This document shows positions 27,012 to 37,389 of a DNA stretch of 64,000 bases, one piece after another; within the stretch, counting starts at the first letter, position 1, and each line of letters starts with the position of its first letter. Below the pieces are notes generated by a model that was not told where the DNA came from, searched no databases, and saw nothing but the letters and a program-made list of their open reading frames with translations. The DNA comes from a virus, in IMG/VR virus record IMGVR_UViG_3300045988_126112, positions 179,965 through 243,964 of that record, one strand, 5' to 3'. A program made the position numbers and the translations under genes.

Positions 27012-28898
27012 ATGGCTACAAGAGCATATCCACATTCAGAGTTTATATGGCATGATCAATCACAAATTCAAGCTATAGAAGACATTAATATATCTAAACC
27101 GAATATATTATTAGCATTCGTGGGTCCTAAAGGTCCAGAAGAAATATTAAAAACAGATTATACTGACTGGCATAAATATTATGGTAATAATGTAAGTTAC
27201 CAAAAATATGGTCAACCATTATTACAAGCTGCTTCTATAGTAGATGCTGGAGGTATAGTATATAGTAAAAGAATTGTTGCAGAAGATGCAACATTAGCAA
27301 ACGTTTGTATAACTGCTACACTTACAGAAGGAGCAGAAGAACAAAAAACAAACGCTAAAGGACAATTAATGTTCAAAAATAAATCTGATGGAAATGAAGT
27401 AACTGAAGCTCAAAAAGATGCTTTAATAGCTGCTGCTGAAGCAGATGGTACAACTCCACCAGAATTTGAACCTATAAAAATTAAACCAGCTGTAATTAAA
27501 TACGAAGCTAAAAACTTTGAAAATTGTAAAACAATGAAAGAATTACAAGCTGAAGCAGATAAACTTAAAACTGAAGCTGTATTTCCATTATTTATAATAG
27601 CAGATATAGGTAGAGGTAAATCAGCTAAATCTATAACAATAGTTCCAGAATATACTAGTAGTAAAACTAGAGGGTATATGAGATATACTTTAAACACTAT
27701 AGAAAATTCTAAAGAAATAGAATCTATAAGTGTGTGTATAAATCATAATATAATAGAAAATAAAGTAAATAGATCTTTATATACAGCTTGTCAACAAGAT
27801 TCTTATAATCTTCAAGCTCAAGTATTTTATGATTACTATGATTCATTTATACAAAAATTAGCTGAAATGTCAGGTAATGATGTTAAATATTGTAATACTC
27901 ATGACTTACTATATGGTGTTACAGTAAAACAAAGTGCACTAGATAAAATAAAAGTTGATTCAGAATCAGTTAACTTTGGTTCTGTATTTGGTATAGAATT
28001 AAAAGGTGGATCTGATGGTTCATTCTCTGAAGCTCCATTTGGAACTCCAGAATGTGACGAACAATTATTGAAATTCTATTCTGGTGAAATAGATCAATCA
28101 ATATATGATTTAGATAACTTTAAATTTGACGTATTAATGGATGCAAATTATCCTCAAGACGTTAAGAGAGCAATAGAAAATCTTGCTGCATTTAGACAAG
28201 ATTGTATATTTATGGAAGATGCTGGTATAGAAGGATTAACTACTATGGAAGATGTACTTGTTAGTATGGACAATGTATTTAAATCTCCATTTGTTATGCT
28301 TTATCCAATATACTATGATGTAATAGACCCTTATAGTGGTAAACAAGTAACTGTTACTGCTACATATTCTTTAAGTAAATTATTAATACCACAATTTGCA
28401 AATAATATAAGATATAAACCAATGTGTGGTGAATTAAATGGATTTACTATAGATGAAGCTGTAGAAAATACAGAAAACTTTGTTCCTAGAATATTACCAT
28501 CTCCATATGGTAATCAAAAAGAAGAATTAGCTGAAGCAAGAATAAACCATCTAGGAAAATATGATGGTGTATTATGCTTTGAATCAGTATGGACTACTCA
28601 AGAAGAATACACTCAATTATCTTATGGTAACAACGTAATGGCTATCCAAGAAGTTGTTAAAGAAATAAGAGATTACTGTCCAGCTAATAGATTTAGTATG
28701 TTATATGGTAGCAGTTTACAAACTTATAAAGATGATGTAAATGATATATTAACTAAACACAAAAATAAATTTATATCATTATCTATGGAATATACTAATG
28801 ACCCTAATTATGAAGCAAATAAAATTTATGCTGCTAAATTACAATTCCAATGCATGAACTTTAATATTGCTGAATTATTCGATATATATGTAGTATAG
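27012..28898 (+). CDS. contractile tail sheath protein
   Basis: 628 aa. Sheath-type segment IELKGGSDGSF followed by a conserved-looking core. A tube-sized gene follows immediately. Confidence 0.65.
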   Translation: MATRAYPHSEFIWHDQSQIQAIEDINISKPNILLAFVGPKGPEEILKTDYTDWHKYYGNNVSYQKYGQPLLQAASIVDAGGIVYSKRIVAEDATLANVCITATLTEGAEEQKTNAKGQLMFKNKSDGNEVTEAQKDALIAAAEADGTTPPEFEPIKIKPAVIKYEAKNFENCKTMKELQAEADKLKTEAVFPLFIIADIGRGKSAKSITIVPEYTSSKTRGYMRYTLNTIENSKEIESISVCINHNIIENKVNRSLYTACQQDSYNLQAQVFYDYYDSFIQKLAEMSGNDVKYCNTHDLLYGVTVKQSALDKIKVDSESVNFGSVFGIELKGGSDGSFSEAPFGTPECDEQLLKFYSGEIDQSIYDLDNFKFDVLMDANYPQDVKRAIENLAAFRQDCIFMEDAGIEGLTTMEDVLVSMDNVFKSPFVMLYPIYYDVIDPYSGKQVTVTATYSLSKLLIPQFANNIRYKPMCGELNGFTIDEAVENTENFVPRILPSPYGNQKEELAEARINHLGKYDGVLCFESVWTTQEEYTQLSYGNNVMAIQEVVKEIRDYCPANRFSMLYGSSLQTYKDDVNDILTKHKNKFISLSMEYTNDPNYEANKIYAAKLQFQCMNFNIAELFDIYVV

Positions 28899-28918
28899 AA
28901 AGGAAGGAGTGAAGCAAA

Positions 28919-29839
28919 ATGGCAAAAAGTTCAAATACTAATTCAAGTAAATTAGGTTATGAAGTTGGTATGAAACAAGCTAGACAAATATCAACTATGC
29001 TTAGAGGTGTTCCTGATTTCTCTAATGCTGCTCAATTCAACCAATACGAAACTGGTTATCAATTCGTTATTGTTTGTAAAGTTCCTGTATTTATAGCAAG
29101 ATTAGCAGAAAAAGATGCTACTACATCTGATGGTACACCTGTAAAAACTTTATTAAATAACTTTGTTATTACAGTAGAACAAGAATCTAGAGGTATGTCA
29201 GGATTCGAAGATATGTCAGCAGAAACAATGGAAATAACTGATGGTATATCTACATTAAATATGATAAATAAAGTAACTCAACAATCTGCATCTACATTCA
29301 GTATGAGTTTCTTTGAAAAATCTGGTACTCCAATAATCAAATTCCTTGATTATTATCTAAGAGGATTAAAAGACCCTAGAACTCAAGCTAAAACTTATAA
29401 TGGAGCTCTAGATAAAGGATGGATATTAACTCCAGGATTTGAAAAAGAAGTATTTACTTTAATGTATATCAATACTGATAATACTATGAGAAAAATAGAA
29501 AAAGCTTACTTAATAGTAAACGGTCAACCTAATAAATCAGAAAAATCTGCATATGAAGCACAAAAAGGTGATATAGCTAACAAAGAAATAACTGTTGAAT
29601 TTAATGGATTCCCTATTGAAGGTAAACAAGTTGATAAATTAGCTATGGATATGCTTGAATACTTATACACTAGAACTGATGAACAAAAAGTATTATTACA
29701 ATCTAATGATTATGATTACTTCATGGTAAATCAAGAAACTAGAGGATTTGGTATTGAAGGTGTAAATATGCAAGCTAGCGTTCCTACAACTAATACAGAT
29801 GATTTAGGAACTACTTTATCAAATTCAACAAAAGCATAA
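28919..29839 (+). CDS. putative tail tube protein
   Basis: Lies directly after the sheath gene. N-terminal region (FNQYETGYQFVIVCKVPVF) has the style of tube proteins. Confidence 0.4.
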   Translation: MAKSSNTNSSKLGYEVGMKQARQISTMLRGVPDFSNAAQFNQYETGYQFVIVCKVPVFIARLAEKDATTSDGTPVKTLLNNFVITVEQESRGMSGFEDMSAETMEITDGISTLNMINKVTQQSASTFSMSFFEKSGTPIIKFLDYYLRGLKDPRTQAKTYNGALDKGWILTPGFEKEVFTLMYINTDNTMRKIEKAYLIVNGQPNKSEKSAYEAQKGDIANKEITVEFNGFPIEGKQVDKLAMDMLEYLYTRTDEQKVLLQSNDYDYFMVNQETRGFGIEGVNMQASVPTTNTDDLGTTLSNSTKA

Positions 29840-29848
29840 AAAAATAAG

Positions 29849-29880
29849 AAGCTATACTCTAAAAGAGTATAGCTTTTTTT
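29849..29880. terminator. bidirectional terminator between convergent genes
   Basis: AAGCTATACTCT aaa AGAGTATAGCTT, flanked by an A-run and a T-run. Confidence 0.85.
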
Positions 29881-32107
29881 ATTCTTCATTACCTTCAGAT
29901 TCTTTTTCAGCAATATATTCCATTTCTGTAGTTTTATACATATTCTTAATCATATCTATATCTACATATCCTTTCATATAATGCTCTACTAATTTCATTC
30001 TAAATCTTTGTCTTAAATCAGGGTCTGCATTTTCACTAACTTGCATACTTAATATTAATTCTACTTGTTCATTTACAGTAGAGAATAATTGGTTATTGTT
30101 AAGCATTTGTAGGAAGTTAGGTGGTGGTAACATAACATATAATTTTGTTGGAACTTGATTATCTTCATTAGTAAACTCATTATTATAAAGTATTGTAACT
30201 ATTCTTGATAGTAATCTTTGTACAATAGCCTGTCTTTTAAATGATTTTCTTAAGAATTTACTACTAGACATTGTAAGTCTGACAGCATAGTCAGTCATTT
30301 TTCTAGATTGTACATAATCATATGGAACATCTGTAGCATTTACAGCCATTTCTTGCATCATTTCCATAAGATCTGTTTTTGTTTCTATATTTTGTCCTTC
30401 CATAACTTGGAAATCTATTGGTGATTCACCACTAGGTCCAACAGGTATTATAACATCATTGAATCTACCAGTTATATTTAACATAGTTTTCATTGAAGTT
30501 AATTCTCTTGCACCCATATTACTTTTCTTTAATTGGCTTATAGTATTTAATAATACTTGAGATATATTTGTATCAACGTTATTTTTAACATTATACATTC
30601 TTTTATCTTGAGATCTAGTTAAGTTTCCTATAGTATCATTTAGATATAAGTATACCCATATTTTTGCTGGTAATAAAGCTCTGGATAAATCAGATATACC
30701 ACGAAGAGTTTTAGGATCCTTTTCAAAACAATAATGTACCATATTTTCAGGAGGTATAAATGTAACTTTTATTTTATTTATATCACTACCAGGGGCAAAC
30801 ATTTCATTATGTTTTAATATGATATATATTTCTTCCTTTAAATCTTGATGACTGTTTATAAAATTATTATCAATATACTTAGATATATTTGCAGATAATG
30901 ATTTTAAAAGTTTATTTCTTTTTTCTTCTTGTATTCTATTTTGTTCAGCTTTCATAGCTTTATTAGTACCATAAAGCATTACTTGTTCTCCTTGAAGAAA
31001 TAATTCACTTTCACATTCTATATAGTAATATCCTAATACCATTTCATCTATATGAGATATTATTATATTTTCTCTTGGAAGTTTCTTTATAATAGAACCA
31101 TTGACTTTTAAATTATTAGTTTTGTTTTGTTTTTCTTCTGTATCAATTAATCTTTCTTGTCCTAATCCTTCAAACTCTAAAGAATCAGGAACTAATTTTT
31201 TAGCCATTGTAGTTTTCTTAGTTTTAGTTTTAATTCTTTCAACGTTTTCTCTTTCCATTATTACTGACTCTATAGAACCACAAGTATTCATTTCTATGAA
31301 TAGATTAGAGTTTTCATTTATAGTATCTATTGGTTCAAGATGATTAAGCCTCATAAATTCATTTATGTTTACTGATTCGCATATGATATTTTCACTCTTA
31401 TATTCTTTAGCATATGTCTCATTAGTCATTTCAGGATTATTTAAACTAGGTTTATTTTTAATTAATTTAAATAAAGCATCCTTATATGAATCAATATAGA
31501 TAAATTGTTCACCATATTTAGATGCCATATCATAACAATATTCAGATAATTCAAGTAAATCATATCTTTCTTTCAATTGTTTTATATTCTTATTGAATGA
31601 TTCATTTACTTCAATACTATCTTGGTCAGTTACTATATTTAAATAATCTCTTGAAAAGTTATCTGCTGATAATACATTATCTTTCTTAGCATCTAATGCA
31701 TCTTCAAGCATAGGCATATACATAAGTATCTGATCTACTTCATCATCAAAGTCTTTTAATTTCTTATTCTCACTAAAGTCATTTATAATATTTTGAGTAA
31801 AAGTCTTATCTTCAAATATATCAATTAAAGAAGTTAAATTATCATCTCTTTTATCAAGAGTAGAAGTAAATAATTTTGAAAGATTACTATCACCATTATT
31901 ATCATAATTAGATGTCATCAGCCTATCAAGACTTTTATTAAAATCATCTTTAACATTGTTTAGATCCCTATTGTTCATTGGAGTAGTCATATAAGTATTC
32001 TTATATAATGTATCCATTCCATAGCCGACGTTATTTACAATATTCTGAATTATTTTACTACGTTTTTTATCACCACCACTATTAAATGGTGTTTTACTTT
32101 TAGCCAA
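29879..32107 (-). CDS. large virion protein, portal candidate
   Basis: ~742 aa with an acidic C-terminus. Start set to the TTG at 32107 (GGAGG 8 nt upstream, MAKSKTPF), because the track start at 32152 has no RBS and abuts a terminator T-run. Confidence 0.35.
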   Translation of the reverse strand: MAKSKTPFNSGGDKKRSKIIQNIVNNVGYGMDTLYKNTYMTTPMNNRDLNNVKDDFNKSLDRLMTSNYDNNGDSNLSKLFTSTLDKRDDNLTSLIDIFEDKTFTQNIINDFSENKKLKDFDDEVDQILMYMPMLEDALDAKKDNVLSADNFSRDYLNIVTDQDSIEVNESFNKNIKQLKERYDLLELSEYCYDMASKYGEQFIYIDSYKDALFKLIKNKPSLNNPEMTNETYAKEYKSENIICESVNINEFMRLNHLEPIDTINENSNLFIEMNTCGSIESVIMERENVERIKTKTKKTTMAKKLVPDSLEFEGLGQERLIDTEEKQNKTNNLKVNGSIIKKLPRENIIISHIDEMVLGYYYIECESELFLQGEQVMLYGTNKAMKAEQNRIQEEKRNKLLKSLSANISKYIDNNFINSHQDLKEEIYIILKHNEMFAPGSDINKIKVTFIPPENMVHYCFEKDPKTLRGISDLSRALLPAKIWVYLYLNDTIGNLTRSQDKRMYNVKNNVDTNISQVLLNTISQLKKSNMGARELTSMKTMLNITGRFNDVIIPVGPSGESPIDFQVMEGQNIETKTDLMEMMQEMAVNATDVPYDYVQSRKMTDYAVRLTMSSSKFLRKSFKRQAIVQRLLSRIVTILYNNEFTNEDNQVPTKLYVMLPPPNFLQMLNNNQLFSTVNEQVELILSMQVSENADPDLRQRFRMKLVEHYMKGYVDIDMIKNMYKTTEMEYIAEKESEGNEE

Positions 32108-32150
32108 ACTAACCACCTCCATATTAAATTTATTTGTATGTTGATTTGAC

Positions 32151-32186
32151 AAAAAATAAATCCCATATGGAAACCATATGGGATTT
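32151..32186 (-). terminator. intrinsic terminator (minus strand)
   Basis: AAATCCCATATGG aaa CCATATGGGATTT. The minus strand continues TTTATTTTTTG. Confidence 0.8.
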
Positions 32187-32193
32187 ACTTAAA

Positions 32194-32826
32194 CTAGATA
32201 TTTAAACAATAAGTATACACACTTATTGTTTGTTTAGGCTTCATTATATTATATATCCATATTGATACATTTTTACTCATACTATATATATTTAATCCAA
32301 CTTTATCAGATTTGTTTATTGGTAACATAGAACCATGCATTATCATCATATGATTTCTATCTATTTTAACTGTTGTTTTTTCAGCTGATTTACAAGCATC
32401 ATAAGTTGTCAAATAAGGTCTAACATCATCCAATTGTATATCTATCATACTATTAGCTATATTATTGATAAATTGATAAAATTTATTATTAAATGTATAT
32501 AGTTGGAATCCATTATTTATATCTACACATATATTCTCATAAATGATTTTATTACTATAAATATCTATATCTATCGTTGGATCATTTTCTGCTTTAATAT
32601 GTCTTATAAATAGACTCATATCTTTGTGTATAAAAGTTAATTCTCTTAATCCTAATTCATTCATACATTCTACTATTTCCATAGGATTTCTTACTTCTAA
32701 TTTTTTAAATACTGAATAGTCTTCATTTGCACCCAGTATCATAGAATTTGGTGCAATGTACACTCTACTACTTTTAAGACTCTTTACTGCTTCAAATAAA
32801 TTGATTAAAGCTGATTTTTTATTCAT
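32194..32826 (-). CDS. hypothetical protein
   Basis: AGGAGG RBS. 210 aa. A minus-strand terminator follows. Confidence 0.55.
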   Translation of the reverse strand: MNKKSALINLFEAVKSLKSSRVYIAPNSMILGANEDYSVFKKLEVRNPMEIVECMNELGLRELTFIHKDMSLFIRHIKAENDPTIDIDIYSNKIIYENICVDINNGFQLYTFNNKFYQFINNIANSMIDIQLDDVRPYLTTYDACKSAEKTTVKIDRNHMMIMHGSMLPINKSDKVGLNIYSMSKNVSIWIYNIMKPKQTISVYTYCLNI

Positions 32827-32966
32827 AATAAAATCCTCCTAAAATTATAATATTTTAATACATTGTTTGTATCAAAGTTATAATATATAATTCTATTGTG
32901 TTTTAATGAAATAACATAAAAATAAAATAAATTATATATAGAATATAATAAAAGGAGGAAACTATA

Positions 32967-33416
32967 ATGGGAATATATTCAAGTAATTTTAATGAAGGAT
33001 TTGCAGATGAATTAAATTCAACTGAAGAAGAATTAGTTGAAGCTACAGTAGCTGCTGCGTTTTATGATGATTTAAGTAAAATGACTCATGAACAAAGACA
33101 AATGTTTTTAAATTCAGAAGAGTTTAAAGCTTTAGATGAAAGTGGTTCTTTAACAAGTGCTATAGGGAAAAATACAATAGTAAAATTAAATAAGACAGAT
33201 GATATGGAAAGACGTATAGGTCAAGCTGCATTAAATATAGCTAGAGATAGAAATGATAGTTTATGGATAAGACTACAAAAGAATAGAGTACAAGAAAGAA
33301 AACTATTAAATCAAATAAATAAGAAATATGGTGCTAAAGCAGAAAGAGTCGCTAAACAAGCACAAAAACAATATATTAAAACTCACAAAATAGCTGTAGG
33401 ATTCATGAGAAAATAA
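32967..33416 (+). CDS. hypothetical helical protein
   Basis: AGGAGG RBS. Charged, helix-prone sequence. Confidence 0.55.
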   Translation: MGIYSSNFNEGFADELNSTEEELVEATVAAAFYDDLSKMTHEQRQMFLNSEEFKALDESGSLTSAIGKNTIVKLNKTDDMERRIGQAALNIARDRNDSLWIRLQKNRVQERKLLNQINKKYGAKAERVAKQAQKQYIKTHKIAVGFMRK

Positions 33417-33421
33417 TCAAT

Positions 33422-33460
33422 CACGGTAGTCTTAAGTGACTACCGTGCATTTTTATTTTT
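33422..33460 (+). terminator. intrinsic terminator
   Basis: CACGGTAGTC ttaagt GACTACCGTG, then CATTTTTATTTTT. Confidence 0.85.
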
Positions 33461-33464
33461 AATC

Positions 33465-33474
33465 ATATATTATA
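33465..33474 (+). promoter_or_regulatory. ATATATTATA promoter-like box
   Basis: Exact 10-mer between terminator 33422..33460 and the HTH / HA / beta-prime C operon. Confidence 0.45.
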
Positions 33475-33509
33475 ACTTTGTAATAAATAATATATTAGGA
33501 GGTAATGTT

Positions 33510-33833
33510 ATGAATAAAAAACATTTAGAAGTATTAAAAGAGGCAATAGAAAATACTAAGAAAGCAGGATTTGAATTTACAGGTTATTATTATGATGAGA
33601 AAAAAGAAACAGCAGTAATATATGCAGGTGATAATGATATGTCATTAAAAACTGTTATTAATTTTAATAGTAAAGTATCAAAACCATGTAAAAGAAATAG
33701 AGATGAATTATCAGCAGAAGTAATGGATCTTTTAGATAAAGGATATAAACAATGTGCAATAGCTAATGAATTGGGTATATCTCAATCTTTAGTATCTATT
33801 ATAAAAAAAGAAAATGTAAAGGAGAGTAAATAA
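33510..33833 (+). CDS. small helix-turn-helix DNA-binding protein
   Basis: C-terminal HTH-like YKQCAIANELGISQSLVSIIKKE. Confidence 0.6.
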   Translation: MNKKHLEVLKEAIENTKKAGFEFTGYYYDEKKETAVIYAGDNDMSLKTVINFNSKVSKPCKRNRDELSAEVMDLLDKGYKQCAIANELGISQSLVSIIKKENVKESK

Positions 33834-33834
33834 T

Positions 33835-34347
33835 ATGATAGTAGAAAGATTAAATAAGAGTAGATTTGATGGAAGTTTTGATTTATACTTTTATCTTCTT
33901 ACAGAGTATAAAAAGAAACATGGTAATTGTGATGTTCCACAAAATTATGAAATGCTTGGTTGCAGATTAGGAACATTTGTAAATTATCAAAGAAATGCGT
34001 ATAGAAATAGAAAGTTAAAGATAACTCAAGAAAGAGTTGATAAACTTAATTCAATCGGATTTGATTGGATAAGTAAATGTGAAATAAGAAATGAAAAAAG
34101 TGAAAAGAAATGGAGAAGTTATGTCAATTATCTTAAAAGATATAAAAAGAAATATGGAGATTTGCTTATTCCATATAATTATCAATCTGGAGGAGGATTT
34201 AAATTAGGTCAATTAGTTATGGCTTTAAGAAATTCTTATAATGGATATGGTAATTATAAATTAACAGAAGAAAGAATAAAAGAGTTAGATGAACTTGGAT
34301 TCATCTGGGATGCACAAAAATACAGAAAGGAGAACAATATTAAATAA
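33835..34347 (+). CDS. protein made of two helicase-associated (HA) domain repeats
   Basis: Two repeats of the HA pattern: KKHGNCDVPQNYEMLGCRLGTFVNYQRNAYRNRKLKITQERVDKLNSIGFDW and KKYGDLLIPYNYQSGGGFKLGQLVMALRN...LTEERIKELDELGFIWD. Confidence 0.7.
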   Translation: MIVERLNKSRFDGSFDLYFYLLTEYKKKHGNCDVPQNYEMLGCRLGTFVNYQRNAYRNRKLKITQERVDKLNSIGFDWISKCEIRNEKSEKKWRSYVNYLKRYKKKYGDLLIPYNYQSGGGFKLGQLVMALRNSYNGYGNYKLTEERIKELDELGFIWDAQKYRKENNIK

Positions 34348-34370
34348 AGATAATTGGGAGGAAATGTTAT

Positions 34371-36455
34371 ATGATATATGAAAACTATTGGATTTATAGA
34401 GAGTTAGCAGAGACAGGTAGAATGACAATTCATACTTGTGATATTAATAAAGATAATTGGGAACAGCATGAAAAAGCTGTTTTCAATATCATGCTTGATA
34501 GTATCGAGTTAGAAGAATCAAGACAAATGTTTACAAGAGTAGTATTTGATGATGGTGATTCAGTTGAATTATCATTATATGATTATTGGTTAAACTTAGT
34601 GTTCTGGTATATGCAAGTCGCAATAGACAAAAGTATTCAACCAGAACATCTATTCTTTGAAGAAACAATTACAATTAAGACATTACAGTCTTATATCAAT
34701 CAATTCTTTGTATTGGTAAATAGAAAATATATAGATATAAAATATATGAATAATGTAATTGACACATCAATGTTTAACTTTGTAAAAATAAATGCATTTG
34801 CGATGTATTTAGCTAATACAATTAACATGTCAGATTTCTTAGCACTTATGGATATCAATCAAGAAACATGGGATATAATTCATACAGATTTATCAAATGT
34901 TCCATTAGCTGATGTTAAGAAAGCTGGTATGGAAGCAATGAATAGATTAACAGAAATTATTAAAAATCATCCAGAACATTGTTTATCTAACTTCATAAAA
35001 TCTGGTGAAGGTTTAAATAAGAAACAAGCAAAAGAAGTTATGGTAAACATAGGTACAAAACCAGATGGACAAGGAGGAATATTCCCATATCAAATAAATA
35101 CAAATTATTTTATGGGTGGTGTTAAAGAACTTGTTCCATTCTTTATGGAGACATCGGTTGCCAGAATAGCTCAAATAATAATAAATAAGAATGTTGGTAA
35201 CTCAGGATATTTCTCAAGACTTATAGGATTAAATAATTTAAATTCTAAATTACACGACGATCCTAATTATGTGTGTGATACTCATCCATCAAATTTCCAA
35301 AAAATCTATATTGAAAATATTGAACTTGCTAATTCAATGGTAGGACAGTATTATAGATTCGAACCTTATGGAATGGAATATGAAATACAAAAAGATGATA
35401 AGAATCTTGTAGGTAAATATATCTATAAAAGAAGTCCAATGACTTGTGCATCAGCTGCAAGAGGTGAAGGAATTTGTTATAGATGTTATGGAGATTTAGC
35501 ATATGTTACAAAAAATATAAATATAGGAAAGATAGCTGCAGAGATTATTTCAGCTATAATTATACAACGTATGCTTTCAGCTAAGCACTTAATAGAAGCA
35601 GAAGTTATTAAGATGGAATGGCAACCAATCTTCTATGAATTATTTGAAAGTAATTATAACTTAATTGAATTAATAGACGATAAAGAACTTAGAGGATATA
35701 AGTTATCAATAAACTTAGCAAATAAATATACAGAAGATGATGATATAGATGAAGTATCAAGTGATATATTTAGTTCATCAACAATGAATGAATATATTAA
35801 TGAATTTGAAATAATCACACCAGATGGAGAAGTTCATAAAATATCAACAACAAATTATGATAATATATATTTGACTCCAGAGCTAGAAGGATTCATAGAT
35901 GAAAATAAAAAGAAAATAGTTGATGATGTATTAACTGTTCCTCTATCTAATTTACAAGGAATGTCATTATTCGCAGTAAGAATACAAAATAATGACTTAG
36001 TAAAAGCATTAGATAAAGTAACTAATATATTAGACAAAACATCTGAAATACAAAAATATGATAAGAATTCAATTCTTCAAAAGTTTTTAATGACAGTACA
36101 AGAATGTAATATCAATGTTTCATCAACACATTGTGAAGTTTTATTAATGAATCAAATAAGAAAGCAATCTGATATAAAAGAAAAACCAGACTGGACAATT
36201 GAGAATCAACAAGATTATCAGATATTAGCATTAAAGAAATCATTAGAAACTAATCCTTCTGTGACAATATCTCTTATGTTCCAAGACATAAAGAAAATGT
36301 TTACTAATCCATTAACATTTGAAAAGACAGCTCCAGGAATAACTGACTTATTCTTTATGGAACATCCACAAGAATATATGTCTGAAGAATATGTTGAGAA
36401 ACTTGAAGAAGAGCAAAATAAAGAATTGAAACAAGTTATATACTATAAATGGTAA
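34371..36455 (+). CDS. multisubunit RNA polymerase beta-prime, C-terminal module
   Basis: Bridge-helix-like FFMETSVARIAQIIINKNVGNSGYFSRLI. MTCASAARGEGICYRCYGDLAY matches the bacterial beta-prime CxxCYGxDLA region. A trigger-loop-like IGKIAAEIISAI follows. Confidence 0.85.
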   Translation: MIYENYWIYRELAETGRMTIHTCDINKDNWEQHEKAVFNIMLDSIELEESRQMFTRVVFDDGDSVELSLYDYWLNLVFWYMQVAIDKSIQPEHLFFEETITIKTLQSYINQFFVLVNRKYIDIKYMNNVIDTSMFNFVKINAFAMYLANTINMSDFLALMDINQETWDIIHTDLSNVPLADVKKAGMEAMNRLTEIIKNHPEHCLSNFIKSGEGLNKKQAKEVMVNIGTKPDGQGGIFPYQINTNYFMGGVKELVPFFMETSVARIAQIIINKNVGNSGYFSRLIGLNNLNSKLHDDPNYVCDTHPSNFQKIYIENIELANSMVGQYYRFEPYGMEYEIQKDDKNLVGKYIYKRSPMTCASAARGEGICYRCYGDLAYVTKNINIGKIAAEIISAIIIQRMLSAKHLIEAEVIKMEWQPIFYELFESNYNLIELIDDKELRGYKLSINLANKYTEDDDIDEVSSDIFSSSTMNEYINEFEIITPDGEVHKISTTNYDNIYLTPELEGFIDENKKKIVDDVLTVPLSNLQGMSLFAVRIQNNDLVKALDKVTNILDKTSEIQKYDKNSILQKFLMTVQECNINVSSTHCEVLLMNQIRKQSDIKEKPDWTIENQQDYQILALKKSLETNPSVTISLMFQDIKKMFTNPLTFEKTAPGITDLFFMEHPQEYMSEEYVEKLEEEQNKELKQVIYYKW

Positions 36456-36460
36456 TATAA

Positions 36461-36496
36461 AAGATAAGAGGTGAAATACCCTCTTATCTTTTTTTG
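36461..36496 (+). terminator. intrinsic terminator
   Basis: AAGATAAGAGG tgaaata CCTCTTATCTT, then TTTTT. Confidence 0.85.
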
Positions 36497-36517
36497 TAAA
36501 ACTCACTTATTTTGATT

Positions 36518-36527
36518 ATATATTATA
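36518..36527 (+). promoter_or_regulatory. ATATATTATA promoter-like box with the upstream GTAAAACTCA..TTTTGATT context
   Basis: Same upstream context as the boxes at 36820 and 37466. Confidence 0.5.
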
Positions 36528-36566
36528 TAAGTGTAATAAAATAATTAAATTTAGGAGGTACTTATT

Positions 36567-36752
36567 ATGAAGAAATTAACAGGTAAAAAATATATGGAAG
36601 TATATGTCACATATATAGGAAGATATGTGACAAAAATATACGCATCTGGTTTAGGAGATGTGTATCAAACAGATGGAACTGAACTAGATTTTGAAGGTAA
36701 ATTAAAATTACTTCAATTAAAATCTCAAGGTTACATACTTGATGAAGAATAA
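36567..36752 (+). CDS. hypothetical small protein
   Basis: AGGAGG RBS. Promoter-like box 36518..36527 upstream and a terminator downstream. Confidence 0.5.
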   Translation: MKKLTGKKYMEVYVTYIGRYVTKIYASGLGDVYQTDGTELDFEGKLKLLQLKSQGYILDEE

Positions 36753-36761
36753 TTAAGTAAG

Positions 36762-36790
36762 CCCAGGAGTACTCCTGGGTTTATTTTTTC
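36762..36790 (+). terminator. intrinsic terminator
   Basis: CCCAGGAG ta CTCCTGGG, then TTTATTTTTT. Confidence 0.85.
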
Positions 36791-36819
36791 TATGTTACTG
36801 TGTAAAACTTAGTATATAT

Positions 36820-36840
36820 GATTATATATTATAAATATGA
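36820..36840 (+). promoter_or_regulatory. extended promoter-like box GATTATATATTATAAATATGA (leader copy 1)
   Basis: Identical 21-mer at 37466..37486. Confidence 0.5.
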
Positions 36841-36961
36841 CATAGATATGATATACAATAAAATTAAAAAGGTAAATCATATCATAAAGATATGAAGCTG
36901 ATGTCTATGTTACTATATGAGATTTCCCATCTTATATAGTCAGCAAGAAAGAGGAATTATT
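36841..36961 (+). promoter_or_regulatory. structured 5' leader, copy 1
   Basis: GATATGAT 36845..36852, ATCATATC 36876..36883, GATATGAA 36889..36896. GCTGA/TCAGC clamp 36897..36901 and 36940..36944. 11-bp hairpin 36913..36939 with loop TTCCC. Confidence 0.55.
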
Positions 36962-37384
36962 ATGAAATCATTAATAAATAAACAATTAGAAAGTATTCTA
37001 TACAATGCAGTAAAATCTGTTAAAGAAGATTTAGAAGAAAATTTAAAACCTTCTTTAATAGGAAGAGTTATATTAGCATGCTCATTTATAGATGACCCTA
37101 TCTATGAAAGAGAAGTTGTAGATATAGGAATGTCAACTGTAGTATTTGATAATGGTGATGTTGTATCATATCATGATATAACTCATGAACCAGAATACAA
37201 TATATTACTTGGTAGCACAAGAGACATTATGGATGTATTGACATTAATCTATAGATTACCAAGATATGAAAAAGTTTTTAATGACTACAAAGCTTATTTC
37301 TCTAATAAAGAAAATAAAGATAACCAAATATATAGATTACTAAAATCCTTAGAAAAGGAAGGTGAAATAGAATTAGGATTTTAA
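36962..37384 (+). CDS. hypothetical protein (paralog of 38056..38466)
   Basis: Start set to the ATG at 36962 (GAGGA 6 nt upstream). The track extension from 36917 runs through the conserved non-coding leader, which carries a stop in the second copy. Confidence 0.6.
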   Translation: MKSLINKQLESILYNAVKSVKEDLEENLKPSLIGRVILACSFIDDPIYEREVVDIGMSTVVFDNGDVVSYHDITHEPEYNILLGSTRDIMDVLTLIYRLPRYEKVFNDYKAYFSNKENKDNQIYRLLKSLEKEGEIELGF

Positions 37385-37389
37385 TAAAA

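Noticed and set aside
27012-28898. The 628-aa protein as a phage-nucleus shell (chimallin-like) protein, given the jumbo-phage-type RNA polymerase
   Set aside because: It carries a sheath-type LKGGSDG segment and is immediately followed by a tube-sized gene in a structural operon. Tail sheath is the better-supported call. I could not identify any chimallin-specific feature.
36917-36961. N-terminal extension MRFPILYSQQERGII of the ORF called at 36917
   Set aside because: The same conserved sequence in the second copy reads ATG TAA. There is no RBS before 36917, and a proper SD precedes the ATG at 36962. The region is a non-coding leader.
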